From the NCBI RefSeq assembly GCF_035084215.1, contig NC_090344.1, positions 50,654,001 through 50,718,000 on the forward strand: 64,000 nucleotides of DNA, given 5' to 3'. The position numbers were made by a program, and so were the translations under genes. The stretch's first letter is position 1, and each line of letters opens with the position of its first letter. A model generated the notes under the pieces. It saw only the letters and a list, made by a program, of their open reading frames with translations. It was not told the origin of the DNA and did no database searches. Positions 36,972 to 50,000 of the stretch are shown here, piece by piece. The DNA is from Heptranchias perlo (taxonomy: Eukaryota).

Positions 36972-39548
36972 TTATGATAATTAGCACTTGAAATATATTC
37001 TCTTCATTGTACTGTTCAGAAGCTCTGGGGTTTGGAACTGAAATGCACTGCATATATAGATTTCCAGTTTCCCAGGAGAGTATCCCGAACCAGGATATTC
37101 AGGATTGATCGAAATTTATTTGCCCCCGTTTTCTGTGTTTTAACAGTGGGACAGTCTGAATTGCGATAGTATTTTGATGTATCAGTACTGCAATTATCAA
37201 AGGGTTAACCACAAAGTAACCCCCCAAGTGACCAATCCATTCCCTGAAAGACTCCTTGGTTTCGAACAGGGTTGCTGTGGTTTTCAGACTTGGATTTTTA
37301 AGGATCTTGTTTACTTTTGGCCATCGCTTGCTGAGTTCACTGGGAGCATTTGGCTGCAGTGAGATGACTTGCCTCACGTTTTTCCTTTCCATGTTGATCC
37401 CTGTATTAATTAATTATGTACCCTTTGGAATCCCCAGCACTGTGATTCTTGGTCCACACTGAAATGTTTTGTATGGTGTGCACTTGTATTCTGTATCAAT
37501 GTTCAGTATTTGCAAAGTGGTTACATTGATGTTTCAAGATTACAGGGTCCTAAAGTGATCTGTAATTTGTGAACTATTGTGTATTCCGTCTGCTCTAGTA
37601 AACATACAGACTCTGGTGTTTATTACAATTCTAGACAAAATCTTTGGGCCAACTGAATCTAGTGGTCTATTTAATGGTGTCATGCCAGTAAGTTATTCAT
37701 TATTTTTGCTAAAATAAATTTCCACCTTTCTCACTCCATTTTTCACTTGGAAAGGGGAGAAGATTGACTGACTGGGCAGGTCTGCAGACTCCCTTACCTG
37801 CACCAGAGCTAAACCGTGGTATGAGAAACATTTCCTTAAAGTTTACAAAGAGATATGGCAGCATCATCATCTTCTCAGTGCATCTCATAAGATGGGGTAA
37901 CCTCGGCAAGTATGTCGATGACCTCTGACAACAAATTTATTTCCTCATCAGGACTTGAAGCTCTGCTGCGAGAAGCCAGAGCTGCAGTTGGTCCCATGGG
38001 CATTTCTATTGATTGATAACAGAAAACTTCTACCCTTTTTTGTTCTTTCAATCACTGGACTCTGTCTGAAAAATTGATACTTGGGTTACACCTCTCTCTA
38101 GAAAAGGAATGAGATAGCATGCGGTGATGAGGTGACACGGTGGCTTAGTATACGAACGTTTATCCCTGATCCAGCACTGCCTGGCTGAAAGTTTCCTTTT
38201 TGTGCTACTTATGAAACTAATCTCAACTCGGTCTCACCCGATTGAGCCAACAGCACCAAACTGTCCACACCTTGCCACGAGTCTGCACTCTCACTCGGGC
38301 TAGTCGGAAAGATTCATACTGTCGGGGTGATGCTTTGAGGTTTGGCGGGGGGTGGGGTGGTTAAAGCACGTTATAGGGCAGAGTTGGAAGGAACTCAATC
38401 CTGCATTTGGGTTTTCTCTACCTGCCCTCGGTGCTGGAAGCTGAAACTATCGAAGAAAGGAGTTCCAACACCCACGCCCCTTGTTTTAATGAGCACAAAA
38501 TTGACCAAAAAAAATGTGCATTTAAAAGGGGCAATCATATAGCTGTGTTATGTGAGCTAATAAAATGTTCGCTGTCGTGCAGCTACTGGAAGTGAGGATT
38601 GAACACACTTTCTATAAGTCTTAAGTATTTTGCTTTTTTTCTAATGTGCTGTACCAGATAAATTATTTTAGTCTTGTTTGTAAACTAACAAAAAATGCTC
38701 ATGTATGGAAACTGGTAAACTTCAGTTAAAAGATTGTATTTTGGTGAAGTTGCTGGATTTGTTGTAATGCATTGATTGTTTACACCGTTGTAATTTTGCC
38801 TTTTCAAAATGTATAAAGTTTGCTTTCAAAGTTTTTGCCTGTTTCTTTGGAATGTAAGTCCTGTATGCACCCGAGACCTTTCCCTCTCCCTCCGTTAAAA
38901 GTTAAAATGGTACACAAACCACCATAAGGTGCAATTTGGGATATAGAGCCTGACCACAGCAGCTGCTAGTGGTTGGAAAATGAAGTTTTGGCAGATAAAT
39001 TTTAATATGATTAAATATAAGATATGCATCTAACTTAGTCTTGGGTATAGCAATCTCCTATATTATCTTACCTCACAAACTGGCTGTGTAGCTACTGAGC
39101 TTATAAAACTGTCACAATTCCAAAGCATTACCTATTTGTAGGACAAAAAATCTAAGTTACCAATGAATCAAAACGAAATAGGAGCAGCAAGGAATAATTA
39201 ACCAGCTGAAAACTAAGCAACTGAGAAGATTTTTCCGATTCCAAACTTACCAGTCAGAAGCTGGCAAGTGCTACTAAACAACCAATTGACTTGATCATAA
39301 TTTCTATGCACTTTCCAGCTGCTATTCCCCCCCCCCCCTACTGTATGCAGTTGCTGTATAGTTTTTTAAAAAAGAAACAAACAAAAATACACACTTCTGG
39401 GGCAAAAAAAAAAAATTATCTCCAAAACTGATCACTTAATGGGTGCTGGGAAAAATTCTGGTTTGCTGGAATTCTGCTTTGTGCGTTTTGGTGATTCAGA
39501 AAGGTGAAAATGGAATGCTAGTCTGCAGCCCTGCGTAGCTCTGAAGTA

Positions 39549-39897
39549 AGGAATCTTACACCAGGTTATAGTCCAACAAATTTATTTTAAAATCACAAGC
39601 TTTTGGAGATTATCTCCTTCGTCAGATGGGACAGCATCACACCAATCAAAAGGTGTCGTTGTTATTCAAACAGGCCAGTCACGGAGAACAGCATGTCCCA
39701 GTACACTGGATATACATTGTGTCTATTACACAGGCAGGCAGAGAGAGAGAGAATTTTAAAAAACATATAATTTTTTCCCCCTTTTTTGCTGGTGGGGTAA
39801 CGTGTAGCGTGACATGAACCCAAGATCCCGGTCGAGGCCGTCCTCATGGGTGCGGAACTTGGCTATCAACTTCTGCTCGACGATTTTGCGTTGTCGT
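39549..39897 (-). mobile_element. 5'-truncated Penelope-like element (ORF C-terminus plus terminal repeat)
   Basis: Reverse strand RQRKIVEQKLIAKFRTHEDGLDRDLGFMSRY resembles the end of a GIY-YIG endonuclease; mutated hammerhead ~39591-39626; 14-bp duplication gtagctctgaagta at 39535-39548 and 39898-39911. Confidence 0.85.
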
Positions 39898-40979
39898 GTA
39901 GCTCTGAAGTAGCAGCTTTAAAACGTTTCCCAAGAATAGCTGCATTTCCAAGGATGTACAATGATCAGCAAATAAATGATCTATTTATATAACAGGCATT
40001 CACTCTTGACAGCCTCCAGTAAACACGAACATTGCTGAGCACTCTTGCCAGTATTTCTGAAGTTACGCAGACTTCTGAGCTTCAGAATCAAACTCCCAGT
40101 TTATCGTCAGACACTCCGAACTCCACTGGAGTTTCGATCTTCCGTGACCTGGATTATTGCCCAATATAAATTTCTATACATTAATTTTAAGTAATTACAT
40201 ACCCATAATCATTTTTTTTACAGATTCACAGAGCAACTAGTAGCTTTAGGTATTCCAGAATGGAGCACTCGGTACAATCTCTGAATAGAAGAACTTTAAT
40301 TAGGATCGAGGTGTCCGTATCACCAAGTTATGTTGGGGCGAGGGAGGTCATCACGCTCATTGCTCGACAGAAACCTCTCATCACAGCAATCAATGTGTGT
40401 TGTGCTCTCCACTGAGAGCCTGGTTTCATTATCCAGTCTCCAGTGCTAATAGGGCATGGATCATTTTGCAACTATCATTAAACAACAAGCACGGTCAGTG
40501 ACCATGTCAACTCGCTAGTTATCCCCTGCACTCAGGGCTGTTATTGCACTTTACATACCTAAATAAACAGATTTTATCTCACTGCTTATTTTTATTAGTT
40601 ATTGGTTGTTAGCTGGAATTAATTCCATTTGCGTAAATAACTTCTTTGTGAGTATGTTTTGTGTGATTATTAATCTTCATTTTGTGCTCTGTGATATTGC
40701 AAGTATTTCTGTTAGTAATTAAATTCAATGATTGTATAATAATTGGACATATATTACAGATCAATGAATGAATGAATGAAGAGTTGCTTTGTTCCATTGA
40801 GAGCTGCAATGTGGCGCCTCTGGTGTATTCCTCCGCTACCCTGGGAGGAGCCGCGTCACCGCAGTCTCCCATCCGCCGCTGGAGCGAGTTCGCTCCGACC
40901 TGCAGGTGAATGAGAGCGAGTTGGACCGGACCGGAGTGACTGAGTTCAGGCAGGTCACTGGCCCAACTGCAGGGACAAC

Positions 40980-41045
40980 ATGAAACCATCTGCAGAAAAT
41001 GAAACCCAAACTAGGAAAAGCTTCACTTTGAAGAGCGAGATACAG
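40980..41045 (+). other. Candidate first exon of an unidentified gene
   Basis: Local CpG enrichment 40810-40940, ACAACATG, 22 open codons, strong donor CAG|gtaaga. Confidence 0.35.
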
Positions 41046-41637
41046 GTAAGAGGGGAGGGGATTATTCTCAGGCATTGTCGATCTGTTCACACTGAGCTTA
41101 AATCGCCTCTCTCTGCAGACAGAGTTTAAATTGTGTTCATGTGTGTGTATCTCGCATCAACTCGGGTACGTGCATGTTTGAAGAAAAAGAACCTTTGGGC
41201 TTATATGGTGTAGCTGGATATAAAACTTCAGATTGTAGTCAAAATATAGTTTGAGAGCTCCAGCTTTAAACGAGAGCTATCCAGAGAGAACCCAAAGTCT
41301 CTCCAATCTGCTCAATATAGTTGGCTTTTAACGGACGCAGAGAAACCAAACAGGTCCGTGTTTACTCAGCAGACTCAGATATAACACTGAGAGCAACATA
41401 ACCATTGTTGGAATCTCGTATACATTTATTAAATATATATCTGACCTATCCAACATACAGTTACTAAATGTTTTTTTTAAGGGTACTGTGTAAAGTTCAG
41501 GTCTCCATATTATAAAAAGGATATAGAGGCACTGGAGAAGGTGCAAAAAAGATTTACAAGGATGATACCAGAACTGAGAGGTTATACCCATCAGGAATGA
41601 TTGAACAGGCTGGGGCTCTTTTCTCCAGAAGAGAGAA

Positions 41638-41863
41638 ATGTAAGGAATTTTATTTTAAAATAAAATAAAATTGTTGAACTATAACCTGGTATTGTAAATT
41701 GTAAACAATTCTACAACACCAAGTTATAGTCCAGCAATTTTATTTTAAATTCACAAGCTTTCGGAGGCTTCCTCCTTCGTCAGGTGAACGATGTGAAAAT
41801 GAAATCCTTGTAAGATTCCTTACGTTTGTCCACCCCAGTCCATCACCGGCATCTCCACATCCT
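41638..41863. mobile_element. Penelope-like composite insert
   Basis: Duplication agaagagagaa at 41627-41637 and 41864-41874; same terminal caccccagtccatcaccggcatctccacat as the other inserts. Confidence 0.8.
41750..41788 (-). ncRNA. Minimal type I hammerhead ribozyme motif
   Basis: Identical to the 36801-36839 motif. Confidence 0.75.
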
Positions 41864-42719
41864 AGAAGAGAGAAGGCCGAGGGGTGACCTGATAGAGGTC
41901 TTTAAAACCATGAAGGGGTTTGATAGGGTCGACATAGAGAAGATGTTTCCACTTGTGGGGGAGCCCAAAACTAGGGGTCATAAATATAAAATAGTCACTA
42001 ATAAATCCAATAAGGAAGTCAGACAAAACTTCTTTACCCAGAGAGCGTTGAAAATGTGGAACTTGCAAGGAGTTGTTGAGGCAAATATCATAGATGCATT
42101 TAATGGAAAGCTAGATAAACACATGAGGGAGAAAGGAATAGAAGGATAGACTGATAAGGTGAGGTGAAAGAGGGTGGAAGGAGGCTCGAGTGGAGCATAA
42201 ATACCAGCATAGACCAGGTGGGCCGAATGGCCTGTTTCTGTGCTCTAAAATTGGATGTAATTCCAGGTAAAGTCCTCCTTTGCACAAATAGTCTTCTGAT
42301 TTCTACAATTGCTGCGGCTCAGACGGGTGACCTGTTCTTTGGTCTGTTGGTCTCACTGTGAACCTGGGCTCTGGTTGGACGGTATGGACAGCAGCCCCAG
42401 TCTGATCGACGCTTTCTAAAATGTTTTCTCCCTGTCAAGAAAGTGCTTGGCCCCACTTCATTCTCAGCATTACCAAGATCACCAGTTCAACAGTGGGGAG
42501 AATTACTTGAGTGGACCTGTCCCTGGCATCACGTTAGTGCTCCAATGCAAGGGTCCCTCGCTGGGCCTCCATCGGTGCTGATTATGGAGTGGGGAAGGGC
42601 ATGTGAAAAGTTTAAATCCATAAAAAGATGTTACTATCAGCAACTTGAGATATATCGAAATCCATATTTTAATGTGAGGCAACAGTGATAACAGCCCTTT
42701 TCTAAATCTCCAGACCCAT

Positions 42720-43370
42720 AATTACATACAGATTACAGCGCAGAAACAGGCCATTCAGCCCTACCTGTTGGTGTTGGTGTTTATCCTCCACGTGAGCAGT
42801 AGTCCCAATCCCACTGTTCTCATCCTTTTATTCCAACCATCTCTCTATCCTAATCTTACATGTCGACATGGTCTCTGCTTCAATCACTAACTCTGGTAAT
42901 GCGTTCCACAGCCTCGCACTCCTCTGTGTAAAAAGTTTCTCCCACTCTCTGTTCTAAATTGCTTCCATTTAATCTTATTTCTAGGTCTCCTCATCCACTG
43001 GAAACAGTTTGTTTCTATCTGTCCCGTCCCTTCAGAATGTTAAACACCTCTATCAAATCACCCCACAATCTCCTCTGTTCCAAAATAATGGCCCCAAATT
43101 TTCAAGTCTTCCTTAGTTTTTGTCTTTCCTCATACCAGGCAGCATCCTAGTGAATCTGTGCTATACCCTCTCTATTCCTACATTACAACAGTGGCTACAC
43201 TTCAAAAGTACTTCATTGGCTGTAAAGCGCTTTGTGACGTCCTGAGGTCATGAAAGGCACTATAGAAATGCAAGTCTGTCTTTATTGCCTCGCTGTCCTC
43301 CTGTAGTGTGGAGCCCAAAACGGCACAATGTACTCCAACTGTGATCCTACCAAGGTTTTGTATAGATTCA
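42720..43370 (-). mobile_element. Degenerate CR1 interrupted by a SINE tail (~43172-43284, +)
   Basis: Reverse CR1 ORF2 motifs on both sides of cctacattacaacagt...aatgcaagtc. Confidence 0.65.
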
Positions 43371-43467
43371 CCATTGCATCTTAACTTTTATATTCTTATA
43401 TTCCCTGTGAGCACGAAACAAAAGTGTTAGGATCAAGCAATCCATACTTCCCAATTGAGTGTCTGTA

Positions 43468-44277
43468 TGTGTCTGGACAACATCCAGGCTCGGGCTGTTA
43501 AGTGGCAAGTAACATTCATGCCAGACAAGTGCCAGGCAATGACCATCTCCAACAAGAGAGTGTCTAACCACCTCCCCTTGACATTCAACGGCATTACCAT
43601 CACCGAATCCCACACCATCAACATCCTGGGGGTCACTATTGACCAGAAACTTAACTGGACCAGCCACATAAATACTGTGGTTACAAGAGCAGGTCAGAGG
43701 CTGGGTATTCTGCGGCGAGTGACTCACCTCCTGACTCCCCAAAGCCTTTCCACCATCTACAAGGCACAAATCAGGAGTGGGATGGAATACTCTCCACTTG
43801 CTTGGATGAGTGCAGCTCCAACAACACTCAAGAAGCTCGACACCATCCAGTACAAAGCAGCCCGCTTGATTGGCACCCCATCCACCACCCTAAACATTCA
43901 CTCCCTTCACCACCAGTGCACTGTGGCTGCAGTGTGTACCCTCCACAGGATGCACTGCAGCAACTCGCCAAGGCTTCTTCGACAGCACCTCCCACCTAGA
44001 AGGACAAGGGCAGCAGGCACATGGGAACAACACCACCTGCACGTTCCCCTCCAAGTCACACACCATCCCGACTTGGAAATATATCGCCGTTCCTTCATCG
44101 TCGCTGGGTCAAAATCCTGGAACTCCCTTCCTAACAGCACTGTGGGAGAACCTTCACCACACGGACTGCAGCGGTTCAAGAAGGCGGCTCACCACCACCT
44201 TCTCAAGGGCAATTAGGGATGGGCAATAAATGCCGGCCTCACCAGCGACTCCCACACCCCATGAACAAAAAAAAAAT
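43468..44277 (+). mobile_element. Non-LTR retrotransposon 3' part (CR1/L2 group), post-RT region
   Basis: KWQVTFMPDKCQ...ILGVTIDQKLNWTSHI...IYKAQIRSGMEYS; AATAAA and a poly(A) tail. Confidence 0.88.
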
Positions 44278-44729
44278 CACCTCAGTCAATTCTGCTTTTA
44301 TGTACAGTGTATTTCATATTTTCACAATCCTTTGTGAGGCAGCTTTTTTCTGAAGTAACTTTTAACCGGCATGGTTAAAATTCTAAGATTATGTTTCCTT
44401 ATTCTGGATTCACTTACTAGAGAGGAGTCATTCCCTATCTTCCTTGTCAATTCCCTTCATTATTTTGAACAACTTAATCAGATCATCCCTTTACCTCTTC
44501 GTGTTCAGGGAATACAACCCAAATTTATCCAACTTCTCACCATCATACTTAAGTCACTTCATCCTAATTGTTGCCCTGGTGACTCATTGTGAGACTTTCT
44601 CCAAGACCAGTATGTCCTTCCTAAGTTGGGATGCCCAAAACTGAACACACTATTCCAAATGAGGGCTGACCAGCACGCTGTATATCTGCAGTAGCACATC
44701 CTTGCTTATATACAAACTAAGTATATTAT

Positions 44730-45240
44730 CACGGAAGGAGGCCGTTCAGCCCATTGAGCCCGTGCTGGCTCTTTGTAAGAGCAATCCAATCAGCCGCATT
44801 CCCCCGCTCTTTCCCCATAGCCCTGCAAATTTTTCCCCTTCAAGTGTTTATCCAATTCCTCTTTTTTCCACTACCCTTTCAGGCAGCATTCCAGATCATA
44901 ACAACTTGTGTTTTTTTTAAAGTTTTTCCTCAAGCTGCCTTTGATTCTTTTGCCAATCACCTTAAATCTGTGCCCTCCGGTTCTCTACCTTTCCACCAAT
45001 GGGAGCAGTTTCTTTTTATTTACTTTATCTAAACACTTCATGATTTTAAACACCTCTATCAAATCTCCTCTCAACCTTCTCTGCTCCAAGGAGAACAACA
45101 CCAGCTTCTCCAGTCTATCCACGTAACTAAAGTCCCTCATCCCTGGAACCATTCTAGTAAATCTTTTCGCCCCCTCTCTAAGGCCTTCACATCCTCCCTA
45201 AAGTGCGGTGCCCAGAACTGGACACGATACTCCAGTTGTG
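44730..45240 (-). mobile_element. CR1 3' fragment
   Basis: Reverse QLEYRVQFWAPHFREDVKALER; an older CR1 remnant lies at ~44330-44700. Confidence 0.82.
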
Positions 45241-45270
45241 ATGAAAACCAGAATTCTTTTAGCAACCTCA

Positions 45271-45748
45271 GTGTTGGCCGTGGCTCAGTGGGTAACACTC
45301 TCGCCTCTGAGTCAGAAGGTCGTGGGTTCAAGTCCCACTCCAGAGACTTGAGCGCAAAATCTAGGCTGACACTCCCAGTGCAGCACTGAGGGAGCGCTGC
45401 ATTGTTAGAGGTGCCGACCTCTCGGATGAGTGATTAAACCAAGGCCCCGTCTGCCCTCTCGGGTGGACGTAAAAGATCCCATGGCACTATTTTGAAGAAG
45501 AGCAGGGGATTTCTCATCGGCGTCCTGGTCAACATTTACCCCTCAACCAACATCATTAAAATAAAACAGATTATCTGGTCATTTATCTCATTGCTGTCTG
45601 TGGGATCTTGCTGTGCACAAATTGGCTGCTGCATATCCTACATTACAACAATGACTAAACTTCAAAAGTATTTAATTGACTGCAAAGCGCTTTGGGATGT
45701 CCTGAGGTTGTGAAAGGCACTATAGGAATGCAAGTCTATCTTGTTTTT
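45271..45748 (+). mobile_element. Full-length tRNA-derived Deu-domain SINE (SacSINE1-like)
   Basis: A box TGGCTCAGTGG, B box GGTTCAAGTCC, Deu-like core (ggtgcc..tcggatgag..taaacc..aaagatcccatggcact), L2-like tail aatgcaagtc. Confidence 0.85.
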
Positions 45749-46829
45749 CCAATCGCCTGTGAGATAGCTTCTAACAACTTAATTTTACCAGGAACAATAG
45801 ATCTCTTTGGTCCTCCCTCGTGCTTCTAACTAAGAAGGCATTCCCATCATTCGTGGTGTGCTCACACATTGTTCCACTAAACTGTATTTGAGATCGTCTC
45901 TGCCCGCTTGCTTTAAACTATCAGCCTTTTTCTGAGGCACCGTGTGCTTTCCAAAAGAAATGTCAGAGATGATCTTCTGCGATCGCTTGACGCAAAGATA
46001 ATTCCTGGTTCGTTATCTGTCTTTTATTTACCGACTTAAATTTTTCCTCACAAACTAGCAGTATCCTCCGTCAATAGTGAGGACCTGAGAAAACCAGGAG
46101 TTTGTGGAGCACTGCCTATATGTCAGAGTGATAGGAAAAACCAGGCCTCCGACAGGGTGACTGTCTGGAGTTTGTGTTTATTCAGCGAGATGAGACTTAT
46201 GCTTTGTAACTGTAAAGCTGCTTATTCAGCAGGTTACAGGTTACTCACTGTGTAACTATATGGAGTTGCTGTTTATTTAACAGGGCAAGATTTACTGGTT
46301 GTGTAACTGGAACTTTATAACCAAGAATGTTGTCTCTGAATCCACTCAAGATGTTCGTTTATCTCCTTTTACACTTTATTTGCATTCTTTCACTTCACCC
46401 CACCCCTCATTCCACAACCAAGGGGCCAGAAGGGAGCCAATTCCCAGCCGTCTGTCTCTGCTGTTCTGTAACTGTAAGGTGTGCTTGGTAGTTATAGACT
46501 TTCCTATTTCTCCTCCTCCCCCTCAGGGTAAGTGTTTATCTCTCATTATTTCCCAGTTGATCTAGCTGAGATTAAGGACATTAAGCTAAGTTCTCTTTTT
46601 GGAATTACCAGGTTTTACCAGGACTAACACCACCAGCTGTCTCCATGAACCATGGACACTTAGGGTGCATAAGCTTTCCTGGGCAAATGTCGAGAAACCT
46701 ATCAGGAAACTCGTGTGCCTTTAGGAACACTAGCAGAGCACTCAAACAGGTCCTTCACTTCAGTCTAAAGTCTTAGTCTTTGGTTCCTGATTGTCAGATT
46801 TTTGCTGCGATGTGATCTAAAGGTGAAAA

Positions 46830-46967
46830 GTAAGACTTGCATTTATATAGCGCCTTTCACGACCTCAGGATGTTCCAAAGAGCTTTACAGCCAGTGCAGC
46901 ACTTTTGAAGTGTAGTCACTGTTGTAATGTGGGAAACGCAGCAGCCAATTTGCACACAGCAAGGTTT
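46830..46967 (-). mobile_element. Deu SINE 3' part; the rest lies at 53257-53575
   Basis: The SINE sequence breaks at cacagcaagg and resumes at tctcacaaacagca after two CR1 elements. Confidence 0.8.
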
Positions 46968-47007
46968 CCCCTCCCACTCCAAGTTCTTCTCCAGCCCGGA
47001 CATCTGT

Positions 47008-50000
47008 TCCGGGCCGGAGAGAAACTTGGAGTGGGATGGGGAGGTTCCTGTTGTCATGGTCCACGTAGGTACCAATGACATAGGTAGGACGAAGAAAAAG
47101 GTTCTGCTGAGAGAGTTTGAGCAGCTAAGGACTAAATTATAAAGCAGAACCACAAAGGTAATAATCTCTGGATTATTACCTGAGCCACGAACAAATTGGC
47201 ACAGGGTAAATCGGATCAGGGAGATGAATGCGTGGCTCAAAAGATTGGCTTGGGATAAGTGGGTTTCGATTCATGGGGCACTGGCACCAGTACTGGGGAA
47301 AGAGGGAGCTGTTCCGTTGGGACGGACTACACCTGAACAATGCTGGGATCAGAGTTCTAGCGAATTAAATAACTAGGGAGGTAGATAGGGCTTTAAACTA
47401 AATAAGGTGCGATAGGAAAGATAGAGCAGGAGGTAAGAGAGGAGGGGGAGTTGCGTTCTTGATTAGGGAGAACATCACAGCAGTAGTGAGAGGGGATATA
47501 TCCGAGGGTTCGCCCACTGAGTCTATATGGGTAGAATTGAAGAATAAGAAGGGAGAGATCACTTTGATAGGATTGTACTACAGACCCCCCAAATAGTCAA
47601 CGGGAAATTGAGGAGCAAATATGCAATGAGATTACAGACAGCTGCAAGAAAAATAGGGTGGTAATAGTAGGGGACTTTAACTTTCCCAACATTGAATGGG
47701 ACAGCCATAGCATTAGGGGCTTGGATGGAGAGAAATTTGTTGAGTGTATTCAGGAGGAATTTCTCATTCAGTATGTGGATGGCCCGACTAGAGAGGGGGC
47801 AAAACTTGACCTCCTCTTGGGAAATAAGGAAGGGCAGGTGACAGAAGTGTTAGTGAGGGATCACTTTGGGACCAGTGATCATAATTCCATTAGTTTTAAG
47901 ATAGCTATGGAGAAGGATAGGTCTGGCCCAAAAGTTAAAATTCTAAATTGGGGAAAGGCCAATTTTGATGGTATTAGACAGGAACTTTCAGAAGTTGATT
48001 GGGAGAGTCTGTTGGCAGGCAAAGGGACGTCTGGTAAGTGGGAGGCTTTCAAAAGTGTGTTAACCAGGGTTCAGGGTAAGCACATTCCTTATAAAGTGAA
48101 GGGCAAGGCTGGTAGAAGTAGGGAACCTTGGATGACTCGGGAGATTGAGGCCTTAGTCAAAAAGAAGAAGGAGGCATATGACATGCATAGGCAGCTGGGA
48201 TCAAGTGGATCCCTTGAAGAGTATAGTGATTGCCGGAGTAGAGTTAAGAGAGAAATCAGGAGGGCAAAAAGGGGACATGAGATTGCTTTGGCAGATAAGG
48301 CAAAGGTGAATCCAAAGAGCTTCTACAAATACATAAAGGGCAAAAGAGTAACCAGGGAGAGAGTAGGGCCTCTTAAGGATCAACAAGGTCATCTATGTGC
48401 GGAACCACAAGAGATGGGTGAGATCCTAAATGAATATTTCGCATCGGTATTTACGGTTGAGAAAGGCATGGATGTTAGGGAACTTGGTGAAATAAATGGT
48501 GATGTCTTGAGGAATGTACATATTTCAGAGAGGGAGGTGCTGGAAGTCTTAACGCGCATCAAGGTAGATAAATCTCCGGGACCTGATGAAATGTATCCCA
48601 GGACGTTATGGGAGGTTAGGGAGGAAATTGCGGGTCCCCTAGCAGAGATATTTGAATCATCGACAGCTACAGGTGAGGTGCCTGAAGATTGGAGGGTAGC
48701 AAATGTTGTGCCTTTGTTTAAGAAGGGCGGCAGGGAAAAGCCTGGGAACTACAGACCGGTGAGCCTGACATCTGTAGTGGGTAAGTTGTTAGAGGGTATT
48801 CTGAGAGACAGGATCTACAGGCATTTGGAGAGGCAGGGACTGATTAGGAACAGTCAGCATGGTTTTGTGAGTGGAAAATCATATCTCACAAATTTGATTG
48901 AGTTTTTTGAAGGGGTAACCAAGAAGATAGATGAGGGCTGTGCAGTAGACGTGGTCTACATGGACTTTAGCAAAGCCTTTGACAAGGTACCGCATGGTAG
49001 GCTGTTACATAAGGTTAAATCTCACGGGATCCAAGGTGAGGTAGCCAATTGGATACAAAATTGGATTGACGACAGAAGACAGAGGGTGGTTGTAGAGGGT
49101 TGTTTATCAAATTGGAGGCCTGTGACCAGCGGTGTGCCTCAGGGATCGGTGCTGGGTCCGCTGTTATTTGTTATTTATATTAATGATTTGGATGAGAATT
49201 TAGGAGGCATGGTTCGTAAGTTTGCAGATGACACCAAGATTGGTGGCATTGTGGACAGTGAAGAAGGTTATCTAGGATTGCAACGGGATCTTGATAAATT
49301 GGGCCAGTGGGCCGATGAATGGCAGATGGAGTTTAATTTAGATAAATGTGAGGTGATGCATTTTGGTAGATCGAATCAGACCAGGACCTACTCCGTTAAT
49401 GGTAGGGCGTTGGGGTGAGTTATAGAACAAAGAGATCTAGGAGTACAGGTTCATAGCTCCTTGAAAGTGGAGTCACAGGTGGATAGGGTGGTGAAGAAGG
49501 CATTCAGCATGCTTGGTTTCATTGGTCAGAACATTGAATACAGGAGTTGGGATGTCTTGTTGAAGTTGTACAAGACATCAGTACGGCCACACTTGGAATA
49601 CTGTGTACAGTTCTGGTCACCCTACTATAGAAAGGATATTATTAAACTAGAAAGAGTGCAGAAAAGATTTATTAGGATGCTACCGGGACTTGATGGTTTG
49701 ACTTGTAGGGAGAGGTTGGATAGACTGAGACTTTTTTCCCTGGAGAGTCGGAGGTTTCGGGGGGATCTTATAGAAGTTTATAAAATAATGAGGGGCATAG
49801 ATAAGGTAGATAGTCAAAATCTCTTCCCAAAGGTAGGGGAGTCTATAACGAGGGGGCATAGATTTAAGGTGAGAGGGGAGAGATACAAAAGGGTCCAGAG
49901 GGGCAATTTTTTCACTCGGGTGGTGAGTGTCTGGAACAAGCTGCCAGAAGCAGTAGTAGAGACGGGTACAATTTTGTCTTTTAAAAAGCATTTGGACAGT

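Larger units (their letters stand above)
34083..38830 (+). other. YKT6: Probable YKT6 3' UTR with alternative poly(A) signals (end uncertain)
   Basis: AATAAA at 34274, 36377 and 38559; T-rich UTR-like sequence up to ~38.8 kb. Confidence 0.45.
41483..42258 (+). mobile_element. CR1 3' fragment interrupted by a Penelope-like insert
   Basis: RGDLIEVFK...NFFTQR; insert at 41638-41863. Confidence 0.88.

Noticed and set aside
45271-45345. tRNA-like sequence with A and B boxes
   Set aside because: It is the SINE head, continuous with the Deu body, not a tRNA gene.
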